This document shows, one piece after another, positions 37,466 through 42,635 of a DNA stretch of 42,635 nt. The stretch spans positions 1,975 through 44,609 of the forward strand of contig CAKKSB010000050.1 in the NCBI GenBank assembly GCA_919903055.1, written 5' to 3'. A model generated the notes under the pieces. It was not told where the DNA came from and did not search any database. It saw only the letters and a program-made list of their open reading frames with translations. The stretch's first letter is position 1. The number at the start of each line of letters is the position of its first letter. The stretch comes from Gammaproteobacteria bacterium. Lineage in GTDB: Bacteria > Pseudomonadota > Gammaproteobacteria > DRLM01. Made by a program: the position numbers and the translations under genes.

Positions 37466-37882
37466 ATGTCGCTTTTTAAAATATTCGATGTCGCCGGCTC
37501 GGCCATGAGCGCGCAAACCGTACGCCTCAACGTGGTCGCCAGCAACTTGGCGAATGCCGACAACGTCAGCGGCACCGAGCAAGGGGCTTATAAGGCGAAA
37601 CATCCCGTCTTCAAAACGTTGCTCGATTCGGCGCACAACGGTGATAAAAGCTCGGCTGGGGTCGCGGTGTCGGGCATCGTCGAAAGTACGGAGCCGGCGC
37701 AAAAGCGCTACATGCCCCAACATCCCTTGGCGGATACCGAAGGTTATGTCTATCTCCCCAATATCAATCCGATCGAGGAAATGGTCAATATGATCTCCGC
37801 CTCGCGTTCTTATCAAAGCAACGTGGAAGTGATGAACACCTCCAAGGAATTATTGTTGCGCACTCTCGGCCTCGGCCAGTGA
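37466..37882 (+). CDS. flgC: Flagellar basal-body rod protein FlgC
   Basis: RLNVVASNLANA, PQHPLAD..GYV, EMVNMISASRSYQ. Confidence 0.96.
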   Translation: MSLFKIFDVAGSAMSAQTVRLNVVASNLANADNVSGTEQGAYKAKHPVFKTLLDSAHNGDKSSAGVAVSGIVESTEPAQKRYMPQHPLADTEGYVYLPNINPIEEMVNMISASRSYQSNVEVMNTSKELLLRTLGLGQ

Positions 37883-37897
37883 TGAAGAGGTAAAACC

Positions 37898-38569
37898 ATG
37901 ACTACCATCGACAGCAGCCTCATCGACCAACTCGGTCTCGGCGGCAATCAAAGCAGCCGCAAGCCCAGCAACAAACTCGGCCAGGAGGATTTTCTGAAAC
38001 TGATGACGACCCAGCTCAAGAATCAGGATCCGACCAAACCGATGGATAACAGCGCGTTTCTCGGACAAATCGCTCAGTTTTCCTCGGTGACCGGCATTCA
38101 AGAAATGCAGGCTTCGGTCAAGCAGCTGGTGGAAACCTTGTCATCGAATCAAACCATGCAGGCGGCGTCGCTGGTGGGTAAAACCGTGGTGGCTTCCGCC
38201 GACAGCGCGCTTTACGACGGTGAACACGCGATACAGGGCGGCGTGGAATTGACCACCGCGGCGGACAATGTGGTGGTCGGCATCTTCGATCAAAGCGGAC
38301 AACTCGTCAAAAAATTGGAATTGGGCGCGCAAGGCAGCGGCACGGTCTCCTTCAATTGGGACGGCCTCGCGACGGACGGTTCGGCGCTGCCCGCCGGCGC
38401 TTATCGTTTGAAAGCCGAATCCATCGTCGACGGCAAAGCGACGGCGGTGAGTACCTTGGTGGCCGAACCGATTGTGGCGGTGAATATGGCGTCCGGCGGC
38501 AAATCGCTGTCGCTCACGCTCGCCGGCGGATCCGACATCAACATGAGTGATGTCAAACAAATCATGTAA
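37898..38569 (+). CDS. flgD: Flagellar hook capping protein FlgD
   Basis: DFLKLMTTQLKNQDPTKPMD and FNWDG. Confidence 0.96.
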   Translation: MTTIDSSLIDQLGLGGNQSSRKPSNKLGQEDFLKLMTTQLKNQDPTKPMDNSAFLGQIAQFSSVTGIQEMQASVKQLVETLSSNQTMQAASLVGKTVVASADSALYDGEHAIQGGVELTTAADNVVVGIFDQSGQLVKKLELGAQGSGTVSFNWDGLATDGSALPAGAYRLKAESIVDGKATAVSTLVAEPIVAVNMASGGKSLSLTLAGGSDINMSDVKQIM

Positions 38570-38601
38570 TCGCCAATCTTTAATGGTGTAAGGAGTCAAA
38601 C

Positions 38602-39819
38602 ATGCCTTTTCGTATTGCGTTAAGTGGATTGAACGCGGCCTCGGCCGAGTTGCGGGTAGTGGCGAATAACATCGCCAACGTGAGCACCACCGGCTTCAAA
38701 AAATCGCGCACCGAGTTCGCCGATATTTATTCAGTGGCGAGCCTGGGCAACGCCGGTACCGCGATCGGCAGCGGCGTGTCGGTGGCGGCGGTGACACAGC
38801 AGTTCAGTCAAGGCAACATTTCCTTCACCGATAACGGTCTCGATCTCGCGGTGAGCGGCCAGGGCTTCTTCCGCTTGAGCGATCAAGGCAGCACGGTATA
38901 CAGCCGCGCCGGTTCCTTCAGCGTCAATCGCGACGGTTACATCGTCAACCCGCAAAATGCGCGGTTGACCGCTTATCTAGCCGATAGCAACGGTAATGTC
39001 ACCGGCGCGCTGGGCGACCTGCAATTGAATACCTCCGACATTTCGCCGCAAGCGACCACCGAGGTCGGCGTGGGCGTCAATCTGGATGCGACGGCGACGA
39101 TACCGCCGGCTTTCAACGTCAACGATCCGACTACTTACAACAATTCCACGTCATTGACGGTATACGACTCGCTGGGCACGTCGCATTTGTCGGAGATTTT
39201 TTACCGCAAGAGCGCCGCCAATACCTGGGAGACTCATCTGTTCGTCGACGGCAGTGAAGTGACGCCGACCACCGGCGGGACATTGACCTTTAATCCCGAT
39301 GGTACGCAGGCGACACCGGTGGGCGGTCAAATTGCCTATAACACGTTCCCGGTCGCCGGCGCGAATAATTTGGATATCGTTCTTGATTACGCCGCCAGCT
39401 CGCCTTCCACGCAGTTCGGCAGTAAGTTCGGCGTGAACTTCCTCGACCAGAACGGCTTTACCACCGGCCGGCTGAGCGGGCTCGACATCTCCGACACTGG
39501 CATCGTGCAGGCGCGTTTCACCAACGGCCAGTCGCGTACCCTGGGCCAAGTGGCGCTCGCCAACTTCGCCAATCAAGAAGGCTTGCGGCAATTGGGCGAC
39601 ACTACCTGGGCGGAGAGTTTCGATTCGGGTGTCGCGCTGGTCGGCCAGCCCGCCACCGCGAGCTTGGGTTTGATTCAATCGGGCGCTTTGGAGGATTCCA
39701 ACGTCGATCTTACCGAGCAGTTGGTGGCGATGATTACCGCGCAGCGTAATTTCCAGGCCAACTCGCAGGTCATCAGCACGGCCGACACCGTGACTCAGAC
39801 CATCATCAACATTCGTTAA
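38602..39819 (+). CDS. flgE: Flagellar hook protein FlgE
   Basis: IALSGL...[38 protein letters not shown]. Confidence 0.96.
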   Translation: MPFRIALSGLNAASAELRVVANNIANVSTTGFKKSRTEFADIYSVASLGNAGTAIGSGVSVAAVTQQFSQGNISFTDNGLDLAVSGQGFFRLSDQGSTVYSRAGSFSVNRDGYIVNPQNARLTAYLADSNGNVTGALGDLQLNTSDISPQATTEVGVGVNLDATATIPPAFNVNDPTTYNNSTSLTVYDSLGTSHLSEIFYRKSAANTWETHLFVDGSEVTPTTGGTLTFNPDGTQATPVGGQIAYNTFPVAGANNLDIVLDYAASSPSTQFGSKFGVNFLDQNGFTTGRLSGLDISDTGIVQARFTNGQSRTLGQVALANFANQEGLRQLGDTTWAESFDSGVALVGQPATASLGLIQSGALEDSNVDLTEQLVAMITAQRNFQANSQVISTADTVTQTIINIR

Positions 39820-39851
39820 GTGGTCAGCCGAATGACAGCCAGGAGTAATGC

Positions 39852-40592
39852 ATGGATCGGGTAGTTTACGTGGCCATGACCGGCGCCAAGCACACCATGC
39901 GCGCCAATCAGGTCAACACCAATAATCTCGCCAACATTAATACCACCGGCTTTCGCGGCGATCTCGCGGCGTTTCAGAGCAAGCCGATCGAAGGCGCGGG
40001 TTATCCCAGCCGCATTAACTCGGTGACGCAATCCAACGGTGCGGATTTCACGCCGGGTTCCCTGATCACCACCGGCCGCGAATTGGATGTGGCGGTGAAA
40101 GGCGAGGGCTGGATCGCGGTGCAAACCGCCGACGGCGGCGAAGCTTATACCCGCGCCGGTGATTTCACGGTGAACAACGCCGGCATGTTGCTCACGTCGG
40201 CGGGACAACCGGTGCTCGGCAACGGCGGGCCGATCGCAGTACCGCCGTTTTCCAAATTGGAGATCGGCAAGGACGGCACGATTTCGGTGTTGCCCGTAGG
40301 GCAGGCCCCCAGCACCCTGGCGGTGGTGGATCGCATTAAACTGGTCAATCCGCCGCGTGAACAATTGAATAAAACCGCCGAGGGTTTGTTTAAAACCGCC
40401 GACGGCGCAACGCAGGCCGCCGATGCCAAAGTAACGCTGGCGAGCGGCGTATTGGAAACCAGCAATGTCAACGGCGTTTCAGCGTTGGTGAACATGATCG
40501 AATTGTCCCGCCATCTCGAGGTGCAGGTGAAACTCATCAAGCAAGCCGAAGAGAATGACGCGGCGACGGCACAGGTAATGCGCGTCGGTTAA
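39852..40592 (+). CDS. flgF: Flagellar basal-body rod protein FlgF
   Basis: MDRVVYVAMTGA, NNLAN.NTTGFR, TGRELDVA, EAYTRAG. Confidence 0.96.
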   Translation: MDRVVYVAMTGAKHTMRANQVNTNNLANINTTGFRGDLAAFQSKPIEGAGYPSRINSVTQSNGADFTPGSLITTGRELDVAVKGEGWIAVQTADGGEAYTRAGDFTVNNAGMLLTSAGQPVLGNGGPIAVPPFSKLEIGKDGTISVLPVGQAPSTLAVVDRIKLVNPPREQLNKTAEGLFKTADGATQAADAKVTLASGVLETSNVNGVSALVNMIELSRHLEVQVKLIKQAEENDAATAQVMRVG

Positions 40593-40637
40593 GCGGCGGC
40601 GAATTTTTATTATCAACCCGATTAGAGGAGCGTAACA

Positions 40638-41423
40638 GTGGACCCAGCATTATGGATCGCCAAAACCGGATTGGAAGCGCAGCAGACCAAGATGGCCGTC
40701 GTGTCCAACAATTTGGCCAACGTCAGTACCACCGGTTTCAAACGCAGTTACGCGGCCTTCCAGGATTTGTTGTATCAAAACGTGCGGCAGGTGGGCGGCC
40801 AGACTTCGCAGGACACCCAATTGCCGTCCGGCATGCATATGGGTACCGGTGTACGGGTGGTGGCCACCGAAAAACTGTTCTCGCAAGGCAATATCATGCA
40901 GAGCGAAAATCCGCTGCACGTGGCGATCCAGGGCCGCGGTTTTTATCAGGTGCTGCTGCCTGACGGCACCCAGGGCTATTCCCGCGACGGCGCCTTTCAA
41001 ATGGATTCGCAAGGCCAGTTGGTGACCGCCAGCGGCTATCCGGTGCAACCGGCGATCACCATTCCGGACGGCGCGCAAAGTATCACCATCGGCAATGACG
41101 GCACGGTGAGCGTGCGCCTCGCCGGACAGACTTCACCCACTCAGATAGGCAGTCTGCAACTCGCCGACTTCATCAACACCTCCGGCCTGCAACCCATGGG
41201 CGAGAATTTATACCTCGAATCCGCCGCCAGCGGTTCGCCGCAGACCGGCACGCCCGGCGTCGGCGGTCTCGGCACCACCATTCAAGGTTCTTTGGAAACT
41301 TCCAATGTCAACGTGGTGCAGGAATTGGTGGACATGATCGAAACCCAGCGCGCCTACGAGATGAACTCGAAAGCGGTGGAAGCCAGCGACGGTATGCTGC
41401 GCTTCATCATCAACAATACCTAA
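40638..41423 (+). CDS. flgG: Flagellar distal rod protein FlgG
   Basis: [44 protein letters not shown]. Confidence 0.97.
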   Translation: MDPALWIAKTGLEAQQTKMAVVSNNLANVSTTGFKRSYAAFQDLLYQNVRQVGGQTSQDTQLPSGMHMGTGVRVVATEKLFSQGNIMQSENPLHVAIQGRGFYQVLLPDGTQGYSRDGAFQMDSQGQLVTASGYPVQPAITIPDGAQSITIGNDGTVSVRLAGQTSPTQIGSLQLADFINTSGLQPMGENLYLESAASGSPQTGTPGVGGLGTTIQGSLETSNVNVVQELVDMIETQRAYEMNSKAVEASDGMLRFIINNT

Positions 41424-41442
41424 GTGACGCGGAGCGGCTAGT

Positions 41443-42177
41443 GTGATGACGGTATTCGGATCGACTCGCAACCCGGCGCGCGGCAATAACCCAGCGTGGT
41501 GGTTGCTCGGCATCGCGCTGCTGGCGGGTTGCGCGACGACTCCCCAGCAACACGCCAAATTCGCCCCCACGCCGCCGTTGACGGAAAAGCTGGCGCCGGC
41601 CACCGAGGGCGCGATTTTCCAGGCCGGCCGCGAAATCTCCTTGTTTCAAGATACCAAGGCGCGGCGGGTCGGTGACATGATTACCATCGTGCTGGTGGAG
41701 CGCACCCAGGCCAGCAAGCAAGCCAGCACCAACAGCAGCAAGGATCAGCAAGTCGAACTGGAAAATCCCACGTTGCTCGGCGCGCCGCTCACTTTCCGCA
41801 CGCCCGGCATGCTGCCGCTGAATGGACGGGATCTCAATTTGGGTACCAGTATCAACGGCACCCGTTCCTTCACGGGTGAAGGCGACAGCAGCCAGAGCAA
41901 TCAATTGAACGGCCAGATCACCGTCACCGTCGCCGACGTGTTGCCCAACGGCAATTTGATCGTGCGCGGCGAAAAATCGCTGACCATCAATCAGGGTGAC
42001 GAGACCATACAATTCGCCGGCATCGTGCGGCCGGCCGACATCGGTCCGGACAACACCGTGCTGTCCACGTTAGTGGCGGACGCCAAGATCAGTTACACCG
42101 GTAAAGGTACCCTGGCCGACGCCAATTCGATGGGCTGGCTGGGACGGTTTTTCAACAGCAAGTGGTGGCCGTTTTAA
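41443..42177 (+). CDS. flgH: Flagellar L-ring lipoprotein FlgH
   Basis: Lipobox LAGC, LFQD.KA..VGD.ITI, VLPNGNL...GEK, GWL.RFF...WPF. Confidence 0.95.
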   Translation: MMTVFGSTRNPARGNNPAWWLLGIALLAGCATTPQQHAKFAPTPPLTEKLAPATEGAIFQAGREISLFQDTKARRVGDMITIVLVERTQASKQASTNSSKDQQVELENPTLLGAPLTFRTPGMLPLNGRDLNLGTSINGTRSFTGEGDSSQSNQLNGQITVTVADVLPNGNLIVRGEKSLTINQGDETIQFAGIVRPADIGPDNTVLSTLVADAKISYTGKGTLADANSMGWLGRFFNSKWWPF

Positions 42178-42205
42178 CGGCGTCGATTAAGGAAACACAC
42201 GCAAC

Positions 42206-42635
42206 ATGAATCGCCGGATGTCCGATTATTTAGTGCTTGCCCTCTGCGTGTTCATACCGTGGACCGCGGCCAACGCCGAACGTATCAAGGATCTCGCGAC
42301 GGTCGCCGGCGTGCGTAACAACCAACTGGTGGGTTACGGTTTGGTGGTGGGCCTCGACGGCAGCGGCGACCAGACCAGCCAGGCGCCGTTCACCGTGCAA
42401 AGTTTGAAAAGCATGCTCGCGCAATTCGGCATCGCCATACCGCCCGGTGTGAGTCCGCAGCTCAAGAACGTCGCCGCGGTGGCGGTGAACGCGGAATTGC
42501 CGCCTTTCGCCAAACCCGGTCAAAGCCTCGACATTACGGTGTCGTCGCTCGCCAACGCCAAGAGCCTGCGCGGCGGCACCTTGCTGATGACGCCGTTGAA
42601 AGGCGCCAACGGCGAGATCTACGCGGTCGCGCAAG
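42206..42635 (+). CDS. flgI: Flagellar P-ring protein FlgI, 3'-truncated by the window edge (not in the ORF track)
   Basis: Translation from ATG 42206 gives a signal peptide, then [31 protein letters not shown]...KNVAAV...[14 protein letters not shown]. Confidence 0.95.
   Translation, partial: MNRRMSDYLVLALCVFIPWTAANAERIKDLATVAGVRNNQLVGYGLVVGLDGSGDQTSQAPFTVQSLKSMLAQFGIAIPPGVSPQLKNVAAVAVNAELPPFAKPGQSLDITVSSLANAKSLRGGTLLMTPLKGANGEIYAVAQ

Overview
GC-rich, probably gammaproteobacterial window in three parts. (1) 1-30.1 kb: a co-oriented cell-surface locus. It starts with a 5'-truncated TPR-glycosyltransferase and an IS5/HPr chimeric remnant. It continues with a WecG-type glycosyltransferase, exosortase D (XrtD+EpsI), a WecA-like transferase, gmd/fcl, a PrsT-like TPR lipoprotein, a beta-propeller/Ig protein with a GlyGly-CTERM-like tail, three VPLPA-type PEP-CTERM proteins, a Cys-rich secreted PstS-like protein, a ~3,300-aa DUF3739-type filamentous haemagglutinin (TpsA) with an in-frame TAA before its conserved C-terminus, and its ShlB/FhaC transporter. 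Six transcription units in this locus are preceded by the same architecture (7-mer, 4 nt, 7-mer, 10 nt, -10 hexamer), the geometry of PhoB-activated promoters. This suggests one phosphate-starvation (or other OmpR-family) surface-glycoprotein regulon rather than canonical sigma54/PrsR control. (2) 30.1-32.3 kb: an orphan DUF4157 + calpain-like protease gene bracketed by 80-bp direct repeats at the 3' end of tRNA-Ala(CGC). (3) 32.4-42.6 kb: an ordinary polar-type flagellar cluster (ycgR/flgZ, flgNMA, cheVR, flgB-I) with sigma54 and sigma28 promoters. All assignments are by-eye motif recognition; no searches were run.
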